In this document: one piece after another, positions 51,394-60,683 of the stretch | Numbering within the stretch: the first letter of the stretch is position 1 | Layout of the letters: each line of letters begins with the position of its first letter | Source: an uncultured Burkholderiaceae bacterium | GTDB lineage: Bacteria; Pseudomonadota; Gammaproteobacteria; Burkholderiales; Burkholderiaceae | Length of the DNA stretch: 64,000 nucleotides | Direction: 5' to 3' | Assembly: GCA_964293815.1 (NCBI GenBank) | Contig: CAXYYC010000010.1 | Span: 203 to 64,202 of the forward strand | The notes under the pieces: model-generated | Told to the model about the DNA's origin: nothing | The model's input: only the letters and a program-made list of their open reading frames with translations | Database searches by the model: none | Program-made: the position numbers and the translations under genes

Positions 51394-52386
51394 TTACATA
51401 TTATTTTTTGCCAATTGCCAAAGCTGTTGTCCGTCTTTGTTTACCCAATGCCAGTTGCCATTCACAGCTCCGGGCTTTGCTTGCTCTGGGTGTTTTTCTG
51501 TAAAAATCTTCCCAGTAAGAGCTGATATTGCATACTCTTGGCCATCATAATCCCAGCGAATTGCATCGCTTTGCCCTATTTTTCCTGTAATCGTGGCCCT
51601 AAAATAGGGATTATTCTCAACAAATGAAACAAACTCCGGAAGACCATGCTTTAAATAAATTTTATCATTTGCCTTAATGAGGCCGTTTTCAACCAAAAAC
51701 TTCATGGTTCTTTGAGCAACCTTCCTTGTCCCTTGAATCTGTTCCTCATCCTTTTTTTGTATTTCAATTAGATATTGTTTGGCCTCTTGCAAAGGAATAA
51801 TCACCGTAGGCACTATGACCGACTGCCCCTCAAAACAGTATGGCGTTATTTTGATGCAAGTCATGTCTATACCACTTTGTCTTAGCCATAAAACTGTAGT
51901 AGTAATTTCTGTAGAAAAACCTTCAGAGCAAAGAATAATTCTTGGCTTCGATGATAATTCATAAAATTCATCCAATTCAACAAAGTTTTCTATTCGCTCC
52001 TTTGCCTCAGTAGGTTTAATCTGTTCACCACAATATTTTTCAGAGTAAGCAATAAAATAAGGAATAATCATATCAATGGTCATAGATGAAACCATCGCCG
52101 CATAGCGAATCGCTTGTAAATCCGCTAATCCCGCTGCTGAATCCCTTTTCAACTCAACTACGACTAAGTTACCTTCTGTATCAAGCGCAAGAATATCGAG
52201 GCGATCATTGCTATTGCTGAATCGATCAAACTCAATACTCAGAATCAGCAGTTTTTCTCCCAAAATTTCAGGGCATTTCCTAATCCATTCTTGAATATCT
52301 CGACGCTCCCACATATTCAACTCTCTAAATGTGCTCGCTGGAATCGCAGAGACATTGTGATTGTTTTTTGATATTGAATAAATCAT
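51394..52386 (-). CDS. Orphan PD-(D/E)xK nuclease-domain protein (NucS/DUF91-like core) with a DUF4357-like C-terminal module
   Basis: Motif DRLDILALDTEGNLVVVELKR...LQAIRYAAMV, and a C-terminal ...NGNWHWVNKDGQQLWQL. GAGGG lies 8 nt upstream of the ATG at 52386. GC is low relative to the flanks. The family assignment is by motif recognition only. Confidence 0.6.
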   Translation of the reverse strand: MIYSISKNNHNVSAIPASTFRELNMWERRDIQEWIRKCPEILGEKLLILSIEFDRFSNSNDRLDILALDTEGNLVVVELKRDSAAGLADLQAIRYAAMVSSMTIDMIIPYFIAYSEKYCGEQIKPTEAKERIENFVELDEFYELSSKPRIILCSEGFSTEITTTVLWLRQSGIDMTCIKITPYCFEGQSVIVPTVIIPLQEAKQYLIEIQKKDEEQIQGTRKVAQRTMKFLVENGLIKANDKIYLKHGLPEFVSFVENNPYFRATITGKIGQSDAIRWDYDGQEYAISALTGKIFTEKHPEQAKPGAVNGNWHWVNKDGQQLWQLAKNNM

Positions 52387-52418
52387 GTTTAAACCCTCTA
52401 TATCTATCATCAACTGCT

Positions 52419-53594
52419 TCAATTACCCCCAAACACTTCCCCAAGCACCTTCACTCCCGCGCGAATTTTCTCTTCCGGCACAGTGACAAACGCAAGGCGC
52501 ATGGTATTGCGCACGGGTTCATTCGCGTAGAACGGCGTACCCGGCACATAGGCGATATTGCGTTCCAAGGCTTTTTTCAGCATGTCCTCTGCATCCATGC
52601 CTTCGGGCAATTCGAGCCAGAGGAACATCCCGCCCGCCGGTTGGTTCCATTTGACATTATTCGGCATGAATTCGGACAGTGCGCCGAGCATGGCCTGCGC
52701 TTGCGCGTGATACAGCGTGCGAATGGTCGGGATGTGTTCGTTCAAAAAGCCGTCTTTGACCACTTCGTACACGGCGCGCTGAGTCAGCGTCGCGGTATGT
52801 AGATCGGTGGCTTGTTTGACTTGTTCAAATTTTCGCGCGATTTCTTCAGGTGCGACGATGTAGCCCAGACGCAAGCCCGGCGCGAGGATTTTTGAGAATG
52901 AACCCATCTGAATCACGCGCTCGGGCATACGCGAGAGCAGCGATGGCGGCGGCGCGTTGGTGTACCAGAGTTCGCCATACGGGTCGTCTTCGATCACGAG
53001 CAGATCGAGTTCGCGCGCTTTGCTGACCAATGCTTGACGACGCGTTTCGGTCATCAGGCGACCGGTCGGATTCTGGAAGTTGGGCAAGGCGTAAAGGAAT
53101 TTCGCACCTGCGGCTTGCTCAGCGGTGATTTGCTCGGCATCCAAGCCGTCTCCGTCCGAGGCGAGCGATACATATTTTGGGAAAAATAGGTCGAACGCTT
53201 GCAATGCGCCAAGGTAGGTTGGCGCTTCAACCAGTACTTTGTCACCTTCGTTGATGAATACTTTACCAATCAAATCAAGGGCTTGCTGTGAACCGGAAAC
53301 GATGATGACCTGTTCGGGCTTAATGGCCGTACCGCTTTTGGATTTTTCCGCCGCGACCCATTCACGCAGGGGCGCGTAACCATCGGTGGTGGAGTATTGC
53401 AAGGCGGCTTGTGGCGCGTCTTTCAGTACTTTTTCAAACGCGGCTTTGAGCTGCTCGACGGGGAAGCTGGCATCTGAGGGCAATCCGCCTGCGAATGAGA
53501 TGACTTCGGGGCGAGAGGTGACTTTGAGAATTTCACGGATGACGGAGCTTTTGATGGCGGTCGCGCGGGTTGAAAATAAGTTTTGAAGTGACAT
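52419..53594 (-). CDS. PLP-dependent aminotransferase, class I/II (2-aminoadipate/aromatic aminotransferase-like)
   Basis: IKSSVIREILKVTSRPEVISFAGGLPS, and the PLP-lysine motif SFSKILAPGLRLGY. 391 aa. Confidence 0.88.
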   Translation of the reverse strand: MSLQNLFSTRATAIKSSVIREILKVTSRPEVISFAGGLPSDASFPVEQLKAAFEKVLKDAPQAALQYSTTDGYAPLREWVAAEKSKSGTAIKPEQVIIVSGSQQALDLIGKVFINEGDKVLVEAPTYLGALQAFDLFFPKYVSLASDGDGLDAEQITAEQAAGAKFLYALPNFQNPTGRLMTETRRQALVSKARELDLLVIEDDPYGELWYTNAPPPSLLSRMPERVIQMGSFSKILAPGLRLGYIVAPEEIARKFEQVKQATDLHTATLTQRAVYEVVKDGFLNEHIPTIRTLYHAQAQAMLGALSEFMPNNVKWNQPAGGMFLWLELPEGMDAEDMLKKALERNIAYVPGTPFYANEPVRNTMRLAFVTVPEEKIRAGVKVLGEVFGGN

Positions 53595-53834
53595 GATGGT
53601 GGACCTTTTGGCTAATATCAGTAGAAATCAGTAAAAATTGTGTCAATGATGTATATCGTTGCTGTGCAATCGTTATGTTACTTTAATTCATAATAACAAT
53701 ACAGTACCGATACAATTTTAATGATATGGTTGAAACTGTATTGTTCTGCGTGGCGGTACGGTAATTAATCTCACCCTCATGAGGGTAACAAAATTGGACG
53801 ATGGTTCATATTGAGATGCTATATCAAAGAACTC

Positions 53835-53868
53835 CGTCATACCCGCGTGGGTTTAGTGGGTATCCATG
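53835..53868 (+). repeat. REP/dRS3-like element, copy 1
   Basis: CGTCATACCCGC-GTGGGTTTAGT-GGGTATCCATG (internal inverted repeat ATACCC/GGGTAT). Confidence 0.6.
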
Positions 53869-53912
53869 CGTCAATCTAATTTTTGATCGAACACACCCAG
53901 TTAGAACTACGA

Positions 53913-53946
53913 ACTGGATTCCCGCTTAAATCATGCGGGAATGACG
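53913..53946 (-). repeat. REP/dRS3-like element, copy 2 (inverted relative to copy 1)
   Basis: - strand: CGTCATTCCCGC-ATGATTTAA-GCGGGAATCCAGT. It has the same CGTCAT..CCCGC...G.GG.ATCCA frame as copy 1. Confidence 0.6.
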
Positions 53947-54047
53947 ACATGCTTTTTAGATAACCGTCATATCCATCAAATATATCTCTTTAAGCCAAAT
54001 CAGATATTGACCCAACCCGATTCAAAGCAATTTCGACTCATCGTGCA

Positions 54048-55493
54048 TTATTCCGCGGCATCCGCATCGCCATCCGCCAAACCCAGCATTTTCGCGGCTT
54101 GATCATTTTCCATCTGTTCCACTTTGCTCAAGGCACGGTTCATGACGCGAGTGCGCGTTTCGGCTTTGCCAATTTCGGAGGCGGCTTGATCAAGTTTTTG
54201 TTTGGTTTTGGCCAGTACATCGCCGAATTTGCCGAACTCGGTTTTGACCGCGCCGAGCACTTGCCAAACTTCGGAGGCGCGTTTTTCCATCGCCAGCGTT
54301 CTGAAACCCATGTGCAGGCTGTTGAGTAAAGCGGTCAATGTGGTCGGACCGGCAACAACGATGCGGTGTTCTCGTTGTAATTGATCCAGCAGTCCTGCTT
54401 CACGCGCGACTTCGGCGTATAGCCCTTCGGTGGGTAAAAACATGACCGCAAAATCGGTGGTGTACGGCGGTGCGACGTATTTTTCGTTGATGGTTTTGGC
54501 TTCGAGTTTGATTTGACGAAACAGATCCGCGCGCGCTTTGTCCAATGCGGCGGCGTCTGCGGTGTCCTGCGCTTCTTGCATCCGTTCGTATTGTTCTTTC
54601 GGGAATTTGGCGTCAATCGGCAACCAAACCACATCGTCCGCCGCTTCGCCGCGTCCGGGCAGCTTGATGGCGAACTCGACCATTTCGTTGCTGTTCGGCA
54701 CGGTTTTGACGTTCGCCGCGTAGCGATCGGGGGTAAAGACGTTTTCAAGCAAATTGGCCAGCTGCATTTCGCCCCATGTGCCGCGTGATTTGACGTTGGT
54801 CAAGACACGCTTGAGATCGCCCACGCCGACGGCGAGATTTTGCATTTCGCCCAAACCACGATGCACTTGCTCCAGTCGGTCGGATACTTGTTTAAACGAT
54901 TCGCCGAGGCGTTTTTCTAAAGTCGCGTGGAGTTTTTCGTCCACGGTGGTGCGCATTTCTTCGAGTTTTTTGGCATTGTTGGTCTCGATGGAGGACAGGC
55001 GTTGTTCGACATTTTCGCGCATGTGGTTCATGCGCCGTTCGGTGGTTTCATTCAGTTGTTGCAGTTGTTGCACCAACTGCGTGGTGGTCTGCGTGAGTTG
55101 GGTCAACAGCGTTTCGCGGGCGTTTTGCGCCTCGATGCTGTGGGTTTCACGCACGGATTTGAGTTCTTCTCCCATGAGTGTTTGGACACGAAACAGGCTT
55201 TGCCCCAGTTCGTCGCGCTGCTCGCGCGCCAGTACGCTGGTGTGCTCGCGCATCGCGGAGAGTTGTTGCGTGCCGTGTTCGAAATTTTTGTCAAAGCCGT
55301 CATCCAAACTTTGCGCCAGTTGACCTAATTGTTGTCCCAGTTGTTGCCCTGCTTGCTGTTGTAATATTTTTTGTTCGTGTAACTGTGCGCGTTGCTGCCC
55401 CGTCCGTGTGAAGACGAACAGCAACACAAACAGTACCAGTATCAGCAATACGATGGTCACGCCGAGCAAAATGGTGAAAAGTTGATTGTCCAT
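54048..55493 (-). CDS. rmuC: DNA recombination protein RmuC
   Basis: N-terminal TM helix, a long Gln/Leu coiled coil and an RmuC nuclease-like C-domain (WGEMQLANLLE...VEFAIKLP...WLPIDAKFP). Confidence 0.9.
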   Translation of the reverse strand: MDNQLFTILLGVTIVLLILVLFVLLFVFTRTGQQRAQLHEQKILQQQAGQQLGQQLGQLAQSLDDGFDKNFEHGTQQLSAMREHTSVLAREQRDELGQSLFRVQTLMGEELKSVRETHSIEAQNARETLLTQLTQTTTQLVQQLQQLNETTERRMNHMRENVEQRLSSIETNNAKKLEEMRTTVDEKLHATLEKRLGESFKQVSDRLEQVHRGLGEMQNLAVGVGDLKRVLTNVKSRGTWGEMQLANLLENVFTPDRYAANVKTVPNSNEMVEFAIKLPGRGEAADDVVWLPIDAKFPKEQYERMQEAQDTADAAALDKARADLFRQIKLEAKTINEKYVAPPYTTDFAVMFLPTEGLYAEVAREAGLLDQLQREHRIVVAGPTTLTALLNSLHMGFRTLAMEKRASEVWQVLGAVKTEFGKFGDVLAKTKQKLDQAASEIGKAETRTRVMNRALSKVEQMENDQAAKMLGLADGDADAAE

Positions 55494-55516
55494 GTGGTAT
55501 TCGCTTCGTTGTTCGC

Positions 55517-56041
55517 TTAATTGCTCATCGAGTCGTCTTTAGCCAAAATCTGCACGTCGTACTGCGCCGATAGCTGTGCAAATTTCGCCGTCAAATCCGC
55601 CGGTTTGACGCCCAGCATGGGCATCTGCGGTTCACCTTCAAACGCATCAGGTTGATTGCGCATCCATTCGGCGGTGTTGTAAAAGGAGTTAATCAGTTTT
55701 TGAAACAATGCTTCAGGCACATCAATCTCACGCATAGCCTGCGCCATGCACACCACCCATTGATCGCGCTCCAGCGTGCCAATTTTAAAGGGTAAATGTC
55801 GGGCGCGCAGGCGCGGATGGCCGTATTTTTCAATGTATAACTGAGGCCCGCCGAGCCAACCGCTTAAAAACAGGTAGAGTTTTTCACGCGTCATTTCCAA
55901 ACTTTCGTGATGTGTCGCGCGCAGATCGGCATACTTCGGCTCAATCTCCATCAGGTCGTAAAAATGTGTCACCAGTTTTTGTATGCGCGGTTCGCCGCCG
56001 ATTAATTCATAGGGAGTGATTTCGCTATTGCTCGTATTCAT
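55517..56041 (-). CDS. Group II truncated hemoglobin (GlbO/YjbI-like)
   Basis: YELIGGEPRIQKLVTHFYDLM...LSGWLGGPQLYIEKYGHPRLRARHLPFKIG...RDQWVVCM. Confidence 0.85.
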   Translation of the reverse strand: MNTSNSEITPYELIGGEPRIQKLVTHFYDLMEIEPKYADLRATHHESLEMTREKLYLFLSGWLGGPQLYIEKYGHPRLRARHLPFKIGTLERDQWVVCMAQAMREIDVPEALFQKLINSFYNTAEWMRNQPDAFEGEPQMPMLGVKPADLTAKFAQLSAQYDVQILAKDDSMSN

Positions 56042-56084
56042 ATATGCTTGCTCGTGACTGTTTGTTCACATCTCATAAAACCCG

Positions 56085-56123
56085 ATACCTTGATATCAAT
56101 TTTATTGATATCCGGTATTTTTT
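56085..56123 (-). terminator. Hairpin between the LysR gene stop and the hemoglobin gene start (terminator or operator)
   Basis: ATACC-TT-GATATCAAT-TTT-ATTGATATC-C-GGTAT, flanked by T-rich runs on both strands. The T-run is clearer on the + strand. Confidence 0.45.
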
Positions 56124-56179
56124 GCCAAAAATTCGCATTCCGAACGCTTGGATACGGTCTGCGCACACCTTATTTTCCC

Positions 56180-57103
56180 TCAAAAAATGCTTCCTGAGTA
56201 GGATTTTGTACTCAAAGGCGTTGAGAAAATTCCGTGGAAATAGTCATAAAATTTCGTGTTCACTTCATTATTTTCAAGGCCATCTTTCCACACCATGCCG
56301 ACTTCGAGCGCAGGAATCGGCTGTTGCAAGGTAATGGTCTCGATCCTTTTTCCCTCCAGCGACCACGGGCGATACATCATATCCGGCAGAATACTAATGC
56401 CCGCTCCGTGCGCCACCATGCTGCGTATGGCCTCGACGGAGGAGGTTCGGTATTTGATTTGCGGACGCATATTGCCCCAAAAATTCATGGTGCTGCGCTC
56501 ATTGTCATCCATCGTCAAAAGGATATACGGATGATCTTGCAAATCTAAAAATGTCGGTTTGTCGTGCTTGAGCAGCTCATGATTGCCCGACACCCACAAT
56601 CGGCGAATCGAGCTGATAAAGGTCTCAAATCGCAGCGACGTCTGGTGCAAATTGGAGGTCAGCAATAGACCGAAATCCAGCTCACCCGCAATCAATTTGC
56701 GCTCTATCGACATACGATCCAGCTCATGAATCGTGATGGTCAGCTTAGGATAGACGTGGTTGAGCTGGTATATGTGATAAGGCAGGAAAAACCCCATGAC
56801 TGTGGGAGAAACGCCCAGACGCACGACGCCTTCGACCTCTCGATCGGGCAGATTGAGCTGATTGGCCTCGGTTAAAATTTGTAAAATTTGTTTGGCTTTG
56901 GGCAAGAATAATCGCCCCGCTTCGGTCAAACTGACGCCGCGTGTATTGCGCACAAAAACCTCTTGCCCCAAATGCAATTCAATTTCTTTGATGGCCATGG
57001 TGATCGCGGACTGTGAGATGTATAAGTCCTTGCCTGCTTGGGAAATCTGCCCTACTTCCGCGGCCACGACAAAATATCGTAACCGCCTGATTGTAAAACT
57101 CAT
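56180..57103 (-). CDS. LysR-family transcriptional regulator, divergent from the permease-hyuBA cluster
   Basis: N-terminal wHTH LRYFVVAAEVGQISQAGKDLYISQSAITMAIKEIE plus a LysR substrate-binding domain. Confidence 0.9.
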   Translation of the reverse strand: MSFTIRRLRYFVVAAEVGQISQAGKDLYISQSAITMAIKEIELHLGQEVFVRNTRGVSLTEAGRLFLPKAKQILQILTEANQLNLPDREVEGVVRLGVSPTVMGFFLPYHIYQLNHVYPKLTITIHELDRMSIERKLIAGELDFGLLLTSNLHQTSLRFETFISSIRRLWVSGNHELLKHDKPTFLDLQDHPYILLTMDDNERSTMNFWGNMRPQIKYRTSSVEAIRSMVAHGAGISILPDMMYRPWSLEGKRIETITLQQPIPALEVGMVWKDGLENNEVNTKFYDYFHGIFSTPLSTKSYSGSIF

Positions 57104-57171
57104 TTTATCTCCTGCTGTTATTTTTTTGAGGTGTTATTTCACGAGTTCACAGTGCTTTTATCGTTCAGTTT

Positions 57172-57192
57172 TTCAAGTAAATATGATTTGAA
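57172..57192. promoter_or_regulatory. Candidate LysR box (T-N11-A type): TTCAA-N11-TTGAA
   Basis: Read directly in the 384-bp divergent intergenic region, about 70-90 nt upstream of the LysR ATG. Confidence 0.4.
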
Positions 57193-57487
57193 AATCTGAT
57201 GAAAAAGCATACTATCAAAAAAACAGATATCAAGTCATAAAAATTTAAATCTTTACTTGAATCCAAGCCCATTGTTAAAGTCGCGCCACGTTGAATATTT
57301 TTCGATCATGAGCGGAAAATGTTTGACCCCAGCAGTAGGCTCATTGCCACACCGAATCAGATTGAACGCTTCGGCGCATCAATGAATGTACGTCAAAATT
57401 TTTAAGGAAAGTGCTTGATTATTTAATCTACGTTCTATCAAAAAACCCAATGCTCACAAAGATACAAACAAAATTTAGGAGACAGCA

Positions 57488-58846
57488 ATGGCTACAACTT
57501 TAAACTCGAATCCATCCGAGACAGCAGACCTCGACTTGGCCACGATCGCAATTCCCGAGAATATGCGTTCCGGCCGCAACTCGCTCACCATGGCTTGGTG
57601 GGGCGTGTGTAGTGCATTATTTTATATTTTCTTGGCCGCAACCTTGGCGATGGCTTTTGGCTCGGTCAATACCATCATCGGCATGGTGCTATCGGTGATT
57701 TGCTACGGCCTCATCAACGGCGTTTTGACACGCTACGCGATTCGTACCGGTTTATCGGTATCGTTGTTTTCGCGTATTTTGTTTGGTCGCGCTGGTGCGT
57801 TGTTGGCGACCTTGATTTTCTTCTTGACCGCGATTTATTACGCTGTATTTGAAGGCTCAATCATCGCGGTGGCCGCAACCAAAGTGATGCCCAATTTGTC
57901 TTATACGCTTGCCTGCGTCATCGTTGTGGCTTATAGCGTACCTTTGGTTTTCGGTAGCGTGCAGCACTGGCTGGATAAGCTCAACGGTGTGTTGTTACCG
58001 TTTTACATCATCGGTATTTTGCTGGCGGTGGGCATGACCATCCACACCTATGGCTATAGCAATGATTGGCTCAGTTTCACACCGAAAGGCGGCGCACCGG
58101 CCAATGGTTGGCTGTCGGTATTCATCGCTTATATGGGTGTTTGGGTTTTGATGATGTATACCTTTGATTTCGCTCGTTTTGGCGCGAAAGAGGATGCGGA
58201 TTTTCACGCCAAAATTTCCTTTGGTATGCCGTTTTATATCATGACTTTTTTGATTAATGGCTTGATTGGGATTTTCCTCATCACTTCGGGCAAATTGGAA
58301 AGTGTTTCGGAAACAGGCGTGGTTGACCAGTTGTTGGTGGTTTTGGGCGGTTTTCTGGCTTTGTTGTTCATTTTAATCACGCAAACCCGTATCAACAGCG
58401 CAAATTTTTATTTGGCAACCATCAATATGCAGGCTTTTTTTGAGAAACTGCTCGGTGTACGTCTGAAAAAATGGATGTGGGCGGTGCTGGTCGGTCTGGT
58501 GGTTTTGGCGATGATGGCTTCAACGGATGTGTTCCACTATTTACTCACCGCTTTGAATTATCAGGGGATTTTTGTGACTGCGTGGGTGGGCGTTGCTTTG
58601 ACTCATATTTTGTCCAAACGTTACGATGATTTGTTTCATGGCGAACTTCCGTACCATATGAATCAAGTGCCTAATTTTAACCCAGCCGGTTTGTCTGCAT
58701 GGTTTGCAGGTGCTGCTGCCGGGCTGTTTTGCACGCTCTCAGGCGTCGCGGCGGCGTATTCACCGATGATTACCTTTGTTGTCTCAGTTGCGGTGTATTA
58801 CTTGATGCTTCAGCAAGCGCGTCGTGAATGGTTCGCAACCGTTTGA
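57488..58846 (+). CDS. NCS1-family (purine-cytosine/hydantoin permease-like) transporter
   Basis: 452 aa, about 12 TM segments, resembling CodB/NCS1 (e.g. LFSRILFGRAGALLATL). AGGAGA lies upstream. The family call is by resemblance only. Confidence 0.65.
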   Translation: MATTLNSNPSETADLDLATIAIPENMRSGRNSLTMAWWGVCSALFYIFLAATLAMAFGSVNTIIGMVLSVICYGLINGVLTRYAIRTGLSVSLFSRILFGRAGALLATLIFFLTAIYYAVFEGSIIAVAATKVMPNLSYTLACVIVVAYSVPLVFGSVQHWLDKLNGVLLPFYIIGILLAVGMTIHTYGYSNDWLSFTPKGGAPANGWLSVFIAYMGVWVLMMYTFDFARFGAKEDADFHAKISFGMPFYIMTFLINGLIGIFLITSGKLESVSETGVVDQLLVVLGGFLALLFILITQTRINSANFYLATINMQAFFEKLLGVRLKKWMWAVLVGLVVLAMMASTDVFHYLLTALNYQGIFVTAWVGVALTHILSKRYDDLFHGELPYHMNQVPNFNPAGLSAWFAGAAAGLFCTLSGVAAAYSPMITFVVSVAVYYLMLQQARREWFATV

Positions 58847-58907
58847 TTATTAAAAGAATGCTTTGTGGGCTTGCCCCACAAAGCCCCCAGTCCTCAGGAG
58901 GCTTATC

Positions 58908-60659
58908 ATGAATAAAAATATTGATCCGATCACTTTAGCCGTCGTGCGCGGTGCATTGGAAACCACTCAGCGCGAAATGACCATGACGCTGGAAAAAACC
59001 GCTCGCTCAAGTGTGTTCAACGTCGCACACGATTACAGTAACGCGATTTTCAACCACCGCCCCGAAATGATTTTGCAAGGGCAAGACATCCCGATTCATC
59101 TGGGCGGTTTGATTCCGGCGATGAAATGCGTTGCCGACTTTTTTGGTGACGATATTCATGATGGCGACATTATTTACCACAATGATCCTGCCTATATGGG
59201 CAGCCACATTGTCGATTGCTGTATGTACAAGCCGGTTTTTTACAAGGGTCAACTGGTCTTTTGGACGGTTTGCAAAGGCCATGTCACCGACATCGGCGGC
59301 CCTGTACCGGCTGGTTACAACCCCGATGCCAAAGAAATTTACGCCGAAGGTTTGCGCATTCCACCGGTCAAATTATGGGACAAAGGCATTGCGCGAGAAG
59401 ACGTCATCAACTTCATGCTGACCAATATGCGCTCACGCCGCGATCAAGAAGGTGATTTGCGTGCGCAATTGGGCGCAGTCAATATTGGCGCGCGCAATTT
59501 GATCGCATTGCTCGACAAATATGGCGTGGAAATGGTTCAAGCCTGCGTGGACGAATTACTCGACATGGCCGATCGCCACATGCGCCACCTCATCAAAGGC
59601 TTACCCGACGGAACTCATACCGCTTCGGCGAAATTGGAAGACGCCGGTCACGGCTTTGGCGAACTCATCATTGACGCAGAAGTCACCGTAGAAGGCGATG
59701 AATGCCGCATCAAAATCTCCAGCCCGCCACAACTGCCCTATTTCATCAACTCCTATGCCGGTAACTCCATCTCCGGCGTGTATTTAGGCTTGATGATGTT
59801 TGCACAAATCGACCCGCCGTACAACGAAGGTCTGTATCGCTGCATTACCGTTGACTTAGGTCCCAAAGGCACCTTATGCAACGCGCAAGAACCCGCCCCT
59901 CACGTCAACTCCACCACCACACCGATGGAAACGCTGGCCGATGCCGTGCGCTTGAGTTTAGAACAATTCGCACCAGAGCGCGCCGTTGGCTCATGGGGAC
60001 ACTCCAGCGGTGTCAACATCGCAGGCTTTGACAGCCGCAACAACGAAGAATACGTCACCATGGTACTCGCATCACTGATTTCCGGTGCGGGTGCGACCGC
60101 CTACATGGACGGCTGGAACTCATGCGGGCCGCAATGCTGCTTTGGCGCACTGTATTCAGGCGACATCGAAACCCTCGAATACTCCTACCCCATCCAAATC
60201 AATCGCTACGGATTGGTCAAAGACAGCGGCGGCGCAGGCAAATACCGTGGAGGCTGCGGCACGGTATGGGAAGTAGAACCAATCAACCACGAAATGACCG
60301 TCATCAGCTTCGGCGAAGGCCGTCACCACCCAAGCTTAGGGACAAACAACGCCGTCAGTGCCATGCCTGAACGAAAAGTCGGCAGTATCGAATTGAAAAA
60401 TGGTGAAGAAGTCAGCGAAGTCATGAAGAAAAACGCCATCCTGACCATCAAAGAAGGACAACGCGTCTCCACCTCCAACCCAGGTGGTGGCGGCTGGGGA
60501 CATCCATTTGACCGAGATCCGGCCGCCGTCACCAACGACGTCCGCAACGGCTATGTGTCCATCGACGCTGCACGCGTGGAATACGGCGTCGTCATCAACC
60601 CGAACGACTTCAGCGTAGACCAAGCAAGCACACAAACTTTACGATCAAATCGCATCTAA
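58908..60659 (+). CDS. Hydantoinase B/oxoprolinase-family protein (HyuB)
   Basis: MNKNIDPITLAVVRGALETTQREM..., DYSNAIF, GGPVPAGYNP and SGGAGKYRGG. The ATG at 58908 has CAGGAGG upstream. Confidence 0.9.
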   Translation: MNKNIDPITLAVVRGALETTQREMTMTLEKTARSSVFNVAHDYSNAIFNHRPEMILQGQDIPIHLGGLIPAMKCVADFFGDDIHDGDIIYHNDPAYMGSHIVDCCMYKPVFYKGQLVFWTVCKGHVTDIGGPVPAGYNPDAKEIYAEGLRIPPVKLWDKGIAREDVINFMLTNMRSRRDQEGDLRAQLGAVNIGARNLIALLDKYGVEMVQACVDELLDMADRHMRHLIKGLPDGTHTASAKLEDAGHGFGELIIDAEVTVEGDECRIKISSPPQLPYFINSYAGNSISGVYLGLMMFAQIDPPYNEGLYRCITVDLGPKGTLCNAQEPAPHVNSTTTPMETLADAVRLSLEQFAPERAVGSWGHSSGVNIAGFDSRNNEEYVTMVLASLISGAGATAYMDGWNSCGPQCCFGALYSGDIETLEYSYPIQINRYGLVKDSGGAGKYRGGCGTVWEVEPINHEMTVISFGEGRHHPSLGTNNAVSAMPERKVGSIELKNGEEVSEVMKKNAILTIKEGQRVSTSNPGGGGWGHPFDRDPAAVTNDVRNGYVSIDAARVEYGVVINPNDFSVDQASTQTLRSNRI

Positions 60660-60683
60660 AACCTATTATCAAAAGGATTTATC

